The notes under the pieces were generated by a model. It did not search any database. It was not told where the DNA came from and saw nothing but the letters and a program-made list of their open reading frames with translations. A DNA stretch of 64,000 nt from Octopus bimaculoides (Eukaryota). The DNA is taken from assembly GCF_001194135.2 (NCBI RefSeq), contig NC_068998.1:52049640-52113639 (forward strand). The letters are read 5' to 3'. Below are positions 13,296 through 27,400 of the stretch, piece after piece; position 1 is the first letter of the stretch; each line of letters starts with the position of its first letter. Position numbers and translations under genes: made by a program.

Positions 13296-16200
13296 TTCTC
13301 TTTATTTTTTTCCAACAGCTACAAAATTTGGTAATATAGTGGTGGACAATAATGCTGACTTAGAGCAAGTACGAGTGCACATCAATCAGTTATACATGGT
13401 AGGTTATCCTTTGTAAACAACTTGTATTTACTTAAACGGGATAACTTCATCATACACCATAAGCAGAAATAAATATTTCATGATTGAACATTCGTCTAAA
13501 GAAGAAAAAATAAATAAATTCTCTTTTACACAAACCCATCACCCACCACCCACCCACCCACACACACACATACACTTCTACTCATCTGAGCCCTTGTGGG
13601 GGTTGCCTGGACATTTCATCTCTAATGTTTGTCCCTTCACAACTCCTACTAAATCTGAACAACCCTGTAGCTCTCCTACAAAACTTGCTCTGCCTCCCAC
13701 CTCATACTTTAATTTGTCATCCCCCTCGAATAAAGTCATCCCAGCCATCCTCAGGGATCATAGTGTTGTGAGCTGACTGGTGACCCCAATTGTGCTGGTG
13801 TCATGAAAAAAGAAACTCTCAGTACACTCTGTAAAGGGGTTGGCATTAGGAAGGGCATCCCAGCCATAGAAACTATGCCAAAGTAGATGCTGGACCATGA
13901 TGCAGTATCCATCAGATTAACCCATCAGATTAACCCATCAGATTCTGTCAACCCATCTAACCCATGCCAGCATGGAGCAGTGATGAATGATCATGGTGAT
14001 AGTGATGATGTATAATGATGACGATGACGACAACAAATTGTCAGTTCCAAAACATCAGTTTGCTGTTCTACCCTTACCATAAAAAACATGTCCAGACTCA
14101 TTATTTTCACTTTATAGTTTCTGTCAATACAGATCATCACCATTTTCTTTGTAGTCTACTATTTCATTATGTTTTTTTCTAATGTTTAGTTTTGCTATGT
14201 TAAAGACGTAAAGCAAATTGATATTTTGTATTTAAGGAACAAAGACTCCAATAAGAATCAAATTCATCATAAAAAAATCAATACATGAACTGTCTTGCTT
14301 TGGGCAAAGTGTCTTTTTCTGTAGCCTCAGGTTGACCAAATGAAATGGCAACGGATAAATTTTAATTTTGTATGTTTTGATGACAAAGTCAAAAGAACGG
14401 CAGTTCATCATCATCATCATCATCATTGTTTAACGTCCGTTTTCCATGCTGGCATGGGTTGGACGGTTCAACTGAGGTCTGGGAAGTCAGGAGGCTACAC
14501 CAGGCTCCAGTTTGATATGGCAGTGTTTCTACAGCTGGATGCCCTTCTTAATTCCAACCACACCAAAAGTGTAGTGGGTGCTTTTTACATGCCACCAGCA
14601 CAGGGGCCAGAGGGGGCTGGCGATGACCACGATCAGTTGGTACTTTTTACGTACCACCAGCATGGGAGCCAGTCAAGGCGACACTGGCATCAGCCACATT
14701 TGGATGGTGCTTTTTACATGCCACCAGCACGGGGATCACAACTACAATTTCCATTTGATTTTGATGATGTATTCTGCAGAGTCTCTAAGACTGGCACCTG
14801 CTCTGAATACTTACAACGGATTGGACTCTGTTAGAACAGTCCGGTTTGGATATGTTGGAGACTCAGATTTAGAAGAATCCCCAACTGTAACAAGATATCT
14901 GCAATATCTTGTTACACTTAGTTGCCTTATGAGTTCAAGTCCTAACAAAACCAACTTTGTTGTTATCTTTCCAGTGGTAAATTAAAATACCAGCTGCATT
15001 TTGGTGTAGATTTAATATTAAAATAAAGCAATAAATGAACAGTTTGAAAGACAGCAATTTACTGGTGTAGATTTAATATGGGCATATGGCGTAGTGGTTA
15101 AGAGCACAGGCTACTAACCCCAAGATTCCGAGTTCAATTCCAGGCAGTGACCTGTATAATAATAATACTAATTATAATAATAATAACATCAAAAAATACC
15201 TTAGGAATGAGAACCCAGGTTCGAAATTTCCCCAAGTCACCTGATGAAGGCTGGAGGGTGTATGAGGATATATCTGCTGAAATGTGTTAATAACAAACAA
15301 GATGAGGAGAAATATCCATCAAATGTAAATAATGCACATAATTCCTCATCTCTTAAATATAGAACTGTAGATCTAATACTCCTCTAGAACTTTCTAGATG
15401 TGAATGGAATCATAATAGAAGAGAACTTGTTGACCTGTTCTGAGAGTAAAGGCTCAGTAAATTGCTGTCTTTCAAATTGTTCATTTATTTTTTATTTTAC
15501 TGCTCTATAAAGTATACAGAAGTTTAAAAAAAAAAAAATAAATAAAAAACATTGATGCAAATGATTTTGTGAGAAAAACCAAAATTAAAATGTTTTGCTG
15601 TTTTAGGAAACATTTGGTCCAGTAGTTGATGAAATGTCGTTGAATTGGTGTTTTTTAGACTGTAAGTACTTTTTATAAACTTGTGCATGAGCCTCTTCTA
15701 TAGATGTGTGTATCTGATACTGGAAAAAAATTTCACAATAATGCTTTCTGCATAAAGAACATATAGTTAAGTGCAGCCTATCATACTAAATATAGTGAGC
15801 TAAAAAGAATTTTTAATAAATAAAAATTTCATTCATAATGAAAAGCAAAACATTGGTGTTAAAAATTTCTGCCGAAAAAGACAAGGGAGAGAACTTCATT
15901 AACATAAATTTTTATTAATGCTAATGATTTTTCTTCTCGTTATGTGTTTAATTTGAATTGGTTAAAAATTATTTTCAGCTCACTACTTTTAAGTTTAGCC
16001 GTACGTCAATGGAAATTTTGACTAGCAGGTAGTAATTGAATAGCATCTTTAGGTAAAGCAACATTTCCATAATTTAGCTTTAATTTCATCTTCTCATTTT
16101 GGTGAGTGCTTGAGGCTTTATGCAACCAGAAGTATATTTTTACTGTCGTTCACTTATATTTTTGTAATTATAAATATTAAATACTTCATCTCAAATGCAA

Positions 16201-19200
16201 TTAAATTGTAATTTATGGTCAAAGTTTACCTTCAAGAGAACACCTGTCTCTTAGAACTAAGCATTAATGACCAATATTTAATATGATAATAGCATTTTGA
16301 TCATAATCAACAAAATTATATTAAATTGTTTTTTATGTTTTGACATCAATATTGTCAGTAACATTTTTATCGATAAAAAAAATCACTCTTAAAAATTGAT
16401 AGTACGTATATTACTCTATTTAATAATTTAATAAAATAAACCATAGAGATTAGTTAAACAATAGCTAAGTTAGTGTTAATATATTTAATGTAGTGACTAT
16501 CAAAAATCTAATTAGAAATATTTATGCATGAGGAAAAGACAACTTTTGCTGATGGCTAAATATTATTATAACTTGAGTCTACTTTTGGGTAATATCAGGA
16601 AGGAGAAAAAAAAAATATTATTCAACTTTTATCATATTCTTTGATGCTTAAACAACATAACAAAATGAATATATATTTTCACAACTAAAATATATATTAC
16701 ACTGAAATGAAATTAGACCAATTTTCCATTTATATAACTATTTTGTCATTTACCGATTTCATTCTCCTCTCTCTATGATTCTTTCTCTCTCACAGTGTGT
16801 GTGTGTGTGTAAGCAGGATTCGTTCATTCATTGCATGCCACATAGCCTAGTATGTGCACACATCCTACATTTCTTATGTATCTTTCTTTTACACTCTCCC
16901 CCCTCTATATATATGATATAAAGATGGAGAAATGAACCACTTTTTATATTGGCTGTAACTATGTAAAGAATATTTCCGTAATTGGATATGTATATCCAGT
17001 TATTTCATTAGACCCTCTACTTGAGGTTTAGCCCAAGGTCAGCCCTCATAAAACAGACCTGTAATGAAAGATGTTCCCACTATAGCTATTTATATGTGTG
17101 TGTGTATAACTATATATCTGACCACATTGTTCAATATGTACAGTTTTTTTTTTTTTTTTAACCCAGTACGATATAATTTGGTCAAGATTTGTCTGCTATT
17201 TCTAGCAGATTCAGTGACTGAGTAGAGGTTCCTTTGTTATCTCAAGTAAATATTTTGGGGGAATAATTGGTGAATAACTATGAGGAATAACATAATCAAT
17301 ATATTTCATAACATCCAATAATTGATGAATAACCATAAGGAAGTATATAATATCAATATTTTGTAATATCCAATTATTGGCAAACTGCTATNNNNNNNNN
17401 NNNNNNNNNNNNNNNNNNNNNNNNNNNNNNNNNNNNNNNNNNNNNNNNNNNNNNNNNNNNNNNNNNNNNNNNNNNNNNNNNNNNNNNNNNNNNNNNNNNN
17501 NNNNNNNNNNNNNNNNNNNNNNNNNNNNNNNNNNNNNNNNNNNNNNNNNNNNNNNNNNNNNNNNNNNNNNNNNNNNNNNNNNNNNNNNNNNNNNNNNNNN
17601 NNNNNNNNNNNNNNNNNNNNNNNNNNNNNNNNNNNNNNNNNNNNNNNNNNNNNNNNNNNNNNNNNNNNNNNNNNNNNNNNNNNNNNNNNNNNNNNNNNNN
17701 NNNNNNNNNNNNNNNNNNNNNNNNNNNNNNNTATGTATGTATGTATGTATATATTACATAACATCCAGTAGTGAATAACTATGTGGAAGTGTGTATCAAC
17801 ATATTTGTTGCATCCAATATTTTTTGTCATTTTATTTATTTTATTTTTTGTTTGTGAAAATATTTGTTTCTTTCAATGTTCAATTTGCCTCTTTTGATTG
17901 GCTCATAAGTTTAGATATAATTGAAGTCATCATGAAAAGATAATAGATGATGGGAAATTGACAGAAATAATAGAATGGTGAACCCAATACCTTGTGGTAT
18001 TCAGTTACGTCTCTTTGCATTCCATCTCCATTACCGCCTTTCATTTTCTTGACTTCGCCATCTCCATCACCCACCCTACCCTCGTCCTGTCTACCTCTGT
18101 CTTCAGCAAACCCACAAACTCCCATTCCTACCTTAACTGTTTCTTGCACCCCACCCACACCAAGTGCTCCATCCCCTCTTCCTAGTTTTTCCCTCTCTCA
18201 TGTCTCTGCTGCATTAACCTCAGCTTTTAGTCACAGGCTCATCACACAACCTGTCTTCCATACCTGTAGCATTGATTATACTCCAGCCCTTGCACCCTGT
18301 ACCTGGAATCCCACCCATCACATTCCTTTTGTCCTTACCTTCCACCTTGCCCTTATAATGCACTATCCTCCAATCTTCCCTCTCTTCTGCCACCTACAAT
18401 CTAACCCTGCTGCCTTCCAATTCTTCTCTCTTCCCCTCATTACTTTCTATAAGCATGCTTGCAGCCTTCTCTGTTCAAATTGCTCCAAGATCAGCCTTGG
18501 ACTTTGTCCTTCTTAACTCAATAATATAAAGTACTGGGTTGATGTAATTTCCCCAAGACACCTGATGAAGGCTGGGGGGTATATTAGCTGAAATGTTGTG
18601 TTAACAACAAACAAGATGAGGACAAATATCTGTCTAATGTAAATAATGTAAATAATGTATATAATTCCTCATCTCTTAAATATAGAACTGTATTGTCTGT
18701 ACATGTTTCAAATTCTCATGTTTATTAAAGTATATGTATTATTGTTATTTCCAAAGTTTGTGTGTTTTTTTTTTCTTGTTTGTTTGATTTTTTCTTTTTT
18801 TTTTTGCTCTATTTTTTATAAGGGTGATTAGATGTTCTCTCATGCCATTAATTTTCCTTTTAGCAACAACAGCTGAACGATTCTTTCGAATTGACAAGGC
18901 TCAAGAGCATTTACACTATATCACTGATATATCTTCTGAGGATCTGTTCATCCTAGACCATAACTTCATACCGCTGGACAACGTCTCCACACTCTCTAAA
19001 ATGAGTGATGAAAACCATGCTGTGATAAAGAATGCTGATAAAAATTTACACAACGATGAACAACAACCAGAGCTCACTATTTCCATTCCTGTTTCTGCAC
19101 CAAAGTCTCTCAGGTAAAACAACTGGAATATCTTCATATTTTATGTACATGTATCATCATTGTCATCCCTATTGTTTTAGCATCCACTTTTCCATTCTTA

Positions 19201-19790
19201 CTTGAATGAGATGGAATTCTTTAAAGCAGATTTTCTGCAACCTAATGCCCTTTCTGTCACCAACCTTTACCTGTTTCTAAGCATTTGTCTCTCTTACTCA
19301 ATATGACAATATCTGGCCAACGGTGTTCGATTACATTACCCTCTAGCAATGCTTTATGAGTGGAACTTAATAAACAGTTGCAGTAAAGAAACATGTTGAA
19401 TATGTATGTGTGTATATATATGCATGAGCATGTATGTATGAGTATGTATATATATATATATGTGTGTGTGTATGTAATTAGTGTAGTATTCCATTATTAG
19501 TAGGATCAACAGAAAAAGTGCTCCATCCAGTGAGAGATGTACATCATTTAATATACACAGGATTTAAATGTGAGCTACTATTAGTTTCATGTTTCTGAAA
19601 GTACATTGGTCAGACAAGCTTGTATAGTGTGCTGTGTATTTTCAAGCTATCATACATGCACACATGAACATTTTTGAATGATACTTCCTTGACAAGTGAC
19701 TTGATCTGAGATTACATGTTGAAACTGGAAGAATCATTGAAGCCAATTTCCACAATGTAATGAAATATATACACACATGCACACACACGC

Positions 19791-19828
<38 letters not shown>

Positions 19829-21726
19829 CTTTTCCTGTAGATAGCTGGCAATATTGTAAACATTGGCAAGATAATTGGTAAATCAGTGCTTCTGAGCCAA
19901 AACTACCTTGTGTTAATAGTTCTGACCGAATTTCACCGATTCTCTTTTGTCACTGTCTCCATAGAAAATGCAGTGGAGCATTTATTTTACAACAGGCTTT
20001 ACTGATTCTCATAATCTTTGTAACTCTAATTCAAATATTGCAGTTATTTTAAATTCTCATTTTGTTACAAAAAGAAATTTGAAAAGAAAAAAAAACCCAT
20101 AAAAACTGGAAATAGTTTTTTTTATTTCTTTTTCATGGAATGATTTGACATTGAAGCATAAAAAAGCTGTTTTATCTTAGTTATGACTACTCATAGAATA
20201 CTATGAGATGATTATTTTACTAATTGAGTTTTTTTTTTTTAAATTTTATAAATTACATTTCTACATGACTGCCTTGTATTTTTAATTTTATAAATATTTT
20301 TATTAGTAAAACCAAGTTTTCTGGGTTTTTTATTGCTTTTCTTTCTTTTTGAATTAATCCTATTTTATAAAAAGAATGAATATCAGAAAAATCTTTGTAT
20401 CACTTACTTCTCTTGTCTTGGACAAAAACCAGATTATATGGAATATTTCGACATCAATATCATTAGCCTTTTCATTACCAGATTTTTCTAATGAATTACA
20501 CAATTCCTTTGTTTCAATTTATTTTGAAAATAATCAAAAATTCTGGAGAGATTTAATGAAATAACAATATTTTGGTTTTTGTTATGAAAGCAGTGGTTTG
20601 AACTTGATTTTTTAAAATTTAAATGTGAGTACCTTAGAACAAGAGATTATGTATCATGGGATCAGATGCAGGCCGAGGCTGAGTGTTAACAAAAGGATTA
20701 AGAGGTCACACACACACACATATAAATAACGGGTTTCTTTCAGTTTCCATCTGACAAATCTACTCACAAGAATTTGATCGGTCCAAGGCTATAATGGAAG
20801 ACACTTGCCCAAAGTGCTACACAGTAGGACTGAAGCTGGAACCATGTGGTTGGAAAGCAAACCACACAGCTACGCCTGTGCCTATAGAGAAGAAGGATTG
20901 GCTGGTTGGTTTTTGATTGTGGTTCGGCTGCTTAATCAGGGCTGACTTTGCGCTAAAACAGCAAGAACAAAGAGGATCAAATGCTAAAAACTGTGATATA
21001 TATTTGTCTTATAAGTGTGAAAACAACAAAGCATAATTTAAATTGGCAGCTATTGTTAAGCTATGGCATTGCATGTAGAATTCCATATATATGTATATAT
21101 ATGTATATAGCAATGAATATGGAAATATTTCATGAGTCAAATAGTGTGATTATGTAATTTTTCAATATAAATTCCTCTCTTGTCAAGTTTCAAAGAATTA
21201 TCTGCCATTATTCATTAAGATGATGGGATTAATTAATTAATGTTTGGTATAATTTCTTTCAAATATTAAATTTCTATACGCGATCAAGTATATGTTTATA
21301 TAATATTATAAAATGATAATTAAATAATTAATAAAGGTAGTCAGCATCAATTTAAAGCCTTTTATGACTTCCTGTACCTTAGAAATTACAGTTATAATTT
21401 CCTTCTGATGGCAGCAAAGTTTAAGTTAGACAAATTACAAGGTCAAAAAGAAGGATGTACATGTTAATCTTCAAATTGTTTTTAACCGTTTTTCAAGAAA
21501 TTCATTAAAAACTCTTATTAAATCTGTAACAGTGATTGCATGATAACATAAACTACCTTTTTATTATTATTGTTATTATTAAAGAAATATGTATCTAGTG
21601 TTTATCCAACTTGATTTCTAGCTATAGTCAATCAATAATGATTAAGTGTGAGGTATATCTCTAGCTATCTCTGAATTGACTGTAATATATATATTTACGT
21701 AGGGGTGGGGTGTATAGAAACGTATT

Positions 21727-21757
<31 letters not shown>

Positions 21758-24434
21758 GCATACACACATGCATATACATATATTTACATACATTATATAT
21801 ATAAATATATACACACATACATAGATGTGTGTGTGTTTATATATATATGTGTGTGTGTGTATTCACACACACATATATAAATGTATGTATATGTGAGTGT
21901 GTGTGTATATATAATGTACATCAAAGAACAACAATAGGAAATAAAGATTTTTAAAAACTTATCAGATAATAGTTGGGTAATGATTTCTTTCTTTCTTTAA
22001 TTATTTCTTTACTCTCTAATTAGTTACAAGTGGTTTCTTATCAATGAAAAGGACACTAAAGAAAATTAATCTGCATGAGACACAACTTCACATGATAGTA
22101 ACAAAAAAAAAAACATTTTTTTTTTAAAAACCACTGCAAGAAATCCTAAATTGTGTCAACCAATCAAAGATGCATTCACTGTGTTTGGACAAAGCTTCTC
22201 AGATTTTAATTCTTGATTAATAGAGTTTTTTTCTTTTTTAATCTTCGTTATTAGTAATCCTTGTTTTTCTTTAATAGCTAATTTCCATTGTTAAATTATC
22301 ATGGGAAAAAATAATAATGCAAAAATAATTCCATAGACTTTATCTGAAGGTGCATTTCTCTTGAAATTGTTTTTTTCTTTTTTTTTTCTTACTGGTAGAT
22401 AGTAATGCATCTCTAAAATTTGGTTCTTTCTTCAATCTTTTGGTAAAAACAGTTTGATCCAAGGTTATTGCTGGCATTGTGCCAAAATTAGAAAGAAATT
22501 ATTATCATTGCAAAATATGTAGTGGCAAGTTAGCAGGATCGTTAGGGACAAAATTTAGCAGCATCTCTTCTGGTTCTTTACGTTCCAAGTTCAAATCCCA
22601 CCAATTTCAACTTTGTTATCCTTTCAGGGTCCATTAAAATAAGTATCAGTCAAATACTGGGGTCAGTGTAATCAACTTGCCCCCCTCCCTTCAAAATTGC
22701 TGCCATTGTGCCAAAATTAAAAACACCATTATTGTAAAATGTCTGTCTAATATTCATGTAGTTCTTTTATTTAGAATTTCTCTCATATTTATTTTTTATT
22801 CACTGAGTAAAAATAAGATCCTCTGATGTTTCATTGTAAAAAGTATGCAGCAATGAATTTAACTGACAAACAAGATTAGTTCATCTGACAAAGAAAAAAA
22901 AAACAGAAGTAATTGTAACAATATTGTTACTTAGAAGAAATATAAAACTTCTGTATGTTAATCAAATTCCATGATAGAATAAGTCCTGATTTATGTAGTT
23001 ATTTTGAAGAAAACTTGCAGCTTGTTTATTTAGCCAAAGCAGTGTTTTAAAACTAATGCTTAAAATACCCATTATGTTTGTAAGTGTACATTTTCACACA
23101 TATATATCTATATACTAAAATGCAACTCATTTTAACCTCTTTATAGTTGTCAGCCTGAATTCCCTGGTGACAAATTTCCATTGTCTACTGTCGAACCACA
23201 CTGCCTTAACTCTTTAGACCGAAGTAAGTCATTTTATAATCATTATTTACTACTTCTTCTGCACTTAATGGATATTTGAACAAGACTGAATCATCATCAT
23301 CATCGTTTAACGTCCGTTTTCCATGCTGGTATGGGTTGGATGGTTTGACTGAGGACTGGCAAGCCAGGAGGCTGTACCAGGCTCCAATCTCATCTGGCAA
23401 GGTTTCTACAGCTGGATGCCCTTCCTAACACCAACCGCATAATGGGTGCTTTTTACGTGCCACTGGCACGAGGGCCAGTCAGGCAGTACTGGCATCGACC
23501 ACACTTGAATGGTGCTTTTTGCATGCTACCTGCACAGGAGCCAGTCAGGTGGTACTGTCACCGACCACACTCAAATGGTGCTTTTTACATGCCACCAGCA
23601 TCATCATCATCATCATCATCTGGCTTCCAGTTTAATGAGTAAAATCACTGCAAGAGCATATCTCCTCCCTTTTGCTTCATAACCAGCAAGAGGATCTTTC
23701 TGCTGCCTCTCCCATCCTGCACACAACTATATTTCATTATTTTCCTCTTATTTCAATAGTTGTAAACATTTTCCATTTTGTGTGGGTGCGCGTGTGAAGA
23801 ATTGGTTTCCTGAAATAACTACAACTCCATCTGTACTGCAATTTATGTGAAAATTCTTACCATTCAACTATTCTCTTATGTTTCTTTTTAGTGGTCATTG
23901 ATGCCTCTAAACATGGAGATTTACAAAAGGTTAGTAAAATATAAAAATATACCTAAAATTGTAACATTTTTACATTTGTTTTCCTTTTGTTTCATTGTAT
24001 TATTAAACTGTGTTGTATTGTAAAACTCTTTTTTTTTTCTCTTTTTGTGCAATGTATGCTGTGTTCTCTTGCAATCTCTCTCCCCAAGAGAGAGAGAGAG
24101 AGAGAGCTTACTTTACTTGTCTACCTCTCTAATATATCTACTTATCTATGTATCTATTTGGTCCATTTATCTACATATTTTCATTTATAGTGACTTTAAA
24201 GTTTCAACCACCAATGGTTTAGCTAACCAAAACTCTGAAGTCACTATCAACAACATTCTTCTTTAAGAATAATAAATTTGCACTCTACATAAGACAAGAG
24301 TAGCCCATCAGATTAATGTAAAATTATTTTTATCATAACTGAACGTAGAAACAAACATTAACATATTTTTCATTTATCTATCTTTACACACACACACACA
24401 CACACACACTCTCTCTCTCTCTCTCTCATTAATG

Positions 24435-24476
<42 letters not shown>

Positions 24477-27400
24477 TGTATTTGTCCTTCAAATAAACAC
24501 CTTCCTTTGAACTATGTAGTTCTATCTATTTAAAAAAAGCTGTAACATCTATCAAGCTGCTTGTCTCTCTCTATATTTCACTCAATGACAGTCACAAGAC
24601 TTGCCTTAAGTAACATGTAAGATAATTTACATGCCCTAATGTATTTGGGAGATGATTACTATAACTGATGCAATTATTTTAACATTTATTTTTTCTTGTG
24701 GTGACAAACAATGTCAAACAACATTTTTTCTTTCAAATTCTTCATTAAATGGTACATGTTCGTAAATAGTAATTCATCCCACAGTACTTTGTCTCTTGTG
24801 GATCTCAGTGCTCTTATCCACAAGGCCAAGGTTCTTAACAGTGTACAGATATGTTGCTGCTGCTGTTATTTATTCCCCAGGCCTAACTGTTGTGTTTGGT
24901 ATTTTGATTATGTATTTGCCTGAGTTTTTTTAATCTCTTCCAAGGCACCTTTTAACACAGTAATTATTTCCATTTCCAATCCATGGAGGACTCTATCATA
25001 CATGTATTCATGTATGTTATTTATATAATTTTTTTTTATCTCATTCTTCTGTTTTCTTCTTTCTCATCCCATTTTATGTAAATGTCCACACTATTTTTTA
25101 AGATCTTCTCTATCTCTCATTCATCCCACACCCCTGTGGCAAATAAAAGAAACTGTAATTATTTTAATTAAGGCATCAAGCTGGCAGAATCATTAGCATG
25201 CTGGGCAAAATGCTTAGCAGCATTTCTTTTTATTCTTTACATTCCGGGTTCAAATACCACCAGGGTTGGCTTTGCTTGTCATCCTTTAAGGGTTGATAAA
25301 AATAAGTACCAGTTGTAAACTAGGGTCTGTGGTATCAACAAACAACCTCCTTCTAAAATTGCTGATCTTGTGCCAAAATTTGATGCCATTATTATTAGAA
25401 CTGTTGTTATGTCTGTGTCAGGAAAAAATGCAGACATTTTTTTATTAAGTCTAGAGAATGGTTTATATGTTCAAAAGAACTAGTGAAACCATTAATGAAT
25501 TTCTTACCTTAGAGACCACATACTTCGTCTTTCACATAACGACATTACTATTAATTTGTAATTCTGACAGTAAACGTCAGCCACTGAAAATGGTTGGTGA
25601 CAATGATGTATAAGCGTAGTCACTTGGACACTTGAAAATGACAGCTTTTTTTCTTTTATGTAGAACATTTTAACACATTTTACTGGTCCACTGAATGGTT
25701 AATTGATAATTAGATAATTAGATAAAATTGATTTTAAAAAATGATGGTGCTGGCTTGGCTGTGTAGTTAAGTTGCTTGCTTCCCAACCGTATGGTTTGGG
25801 GTTCATTCCCAGTGTATGGCACCTTAAGCAAGAGTCTTCTACTGACAAAAACTTTGTGAATGGATTTGGTCGATGGAAATTGAAAGATGTCCTTTGTTTA
25901 TTTTTTAGTGTATACGCTTGCCTTGACATCATGTGTTGTTTGTAAATATGCTTCATCATGCAAGTGATGTTGTTTGTTTCTTGTCTTCTTAATTGGAAAC
26001 AGGTAAGGGTTAATGACAAAGAGAGCATCCAGCCTAAATATTCTATCGGTTTAATGATGAGACTAGCCAGATCCAGTTTTTCACACCTACTATACAATGC
26101 CATTCTTAAAATAAACAACCACATATCAAAATGTTGAAGCTACAAGATGATGCATGATTATTTAAAAACAATGTGTACTAATAAGCGTTAAATTTGACAG
26201 AATCATCTAAAAGCTAAAGGGTTAATGAATTTCATCTAACCCATGTAATCATGGAAAAGTAGATGTTAAAAATGATGATGATATCAATAGAAACATAGAA
26301 GTACTGCATGCCATTAGGTTAAATTGAGATGTAAAAAGAAATACATATAAGTTTACCTTACATACCATATATTGTAAAGACATTGTTCTTACAATTACAA
26401 AAATATTATAATAACACTGAAAGACGATATGCATTTATCAATTATTGCAGTTCCTTTATCATAACATTCAGACTAAAACAAATTCCATTATTTACTCTTT
26501 ACAAATATTTTCCTTGTTTTCCATCATTATTCATCAGTATATTAAAATTGTTCTTATTCCTCTTCATGCTTAAAGCAACAGAATACTAATTCCTCTTAAA
26601 CTAATCTACACTTTTTAATTCTTTCCTCTCATTTTTCCCGTTTCCCACTCTGAGCAGTGTGATGCACACCTCATCCTTCTACTCACTTTCATTTTATTTT
26701 CTATATTGCACATTCTCCATTTATTATTTAACAGCTTCCTACATCCACACAGTCATTTGCTTGATAGCAAATACACATTACTAATTATTATTTTAAGATT
26801 ATTATTGTTTCATTGTTGTTGTTATTGTTGCTATGACAGGAAAAACTATTAAGTCCTTTGATAATTTATTTAAACAAACTTTCAAGTACAAATTAAAAAC
26901 ACTGATTGAACTGAAAGAGCAGTTTGATGCAAGGCTAGAACGTTGTCTGGCTTTTGACAACATAATGTTCAAAAATAATTTTTGCAATGATTATCATGAC
27001 ACCTTTGGCAAAGAACATAACTTGTCTTTGCTTCAATGAACTGAGCTAAAATATAGGCATTTACATTCTTAATTTGCAATTATAAACTGCACCCATCTTC
27101 AAAAAAGCAAAAACTACACTTCCAAAATTCTGTGTGAAATACTGCAAAGAATCCTATAGGAAATTTTTAAAATTGATATTTTTTTTTTAATCCAATATTT
27201 TTTCTTGTTTTTTTTTTATATATTTTAATGGTTTTTGCCAAAAAAAAGGATTGGCAACCCTTATGACCTTTTTTTCCAAGAACTCTAAGACTGGTGAAGG
27301 AAAGGGAAGAAGCTACTACCATTTATGGGTTGCTGTAGTAGGAAACAGAATCAACATAATGATAGAGTGCAATCTTACATAAATAGCATACTACAAAGAA

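Noticed and set aside
14340-14985. 164-aa and 135-aa overlapping ORFs
   Set aside because: Read-through of an antisense SINE A copy
15080-15152. Possible tRNA gene
   Set aside because: A and B boxes present but acceptor, anticodon and T stems do not pair; it is a SINE head inside a TSD-flanked element
17992-18516. 174-aa Pro/Ser-rich ORF as a host gene
   Set aside because: Mosaic of frames of a decayed Penelope-like RT in C-rich DNA
20940-21014. 75-nt phase 2-2 open segment ([25 protein letters not shown]) as an alternative DGK exon
   Set aside because: No polypyrimidine tract and a weak GTGTGA donor; frame compatibility alone is not enough without junction reads
23445-23600. CRISPR-like repeat-spacer pattern
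   Set aside because: Spacers are similar to each other, only three units, embedded in a SINE, eukaryotic context, no cas genes
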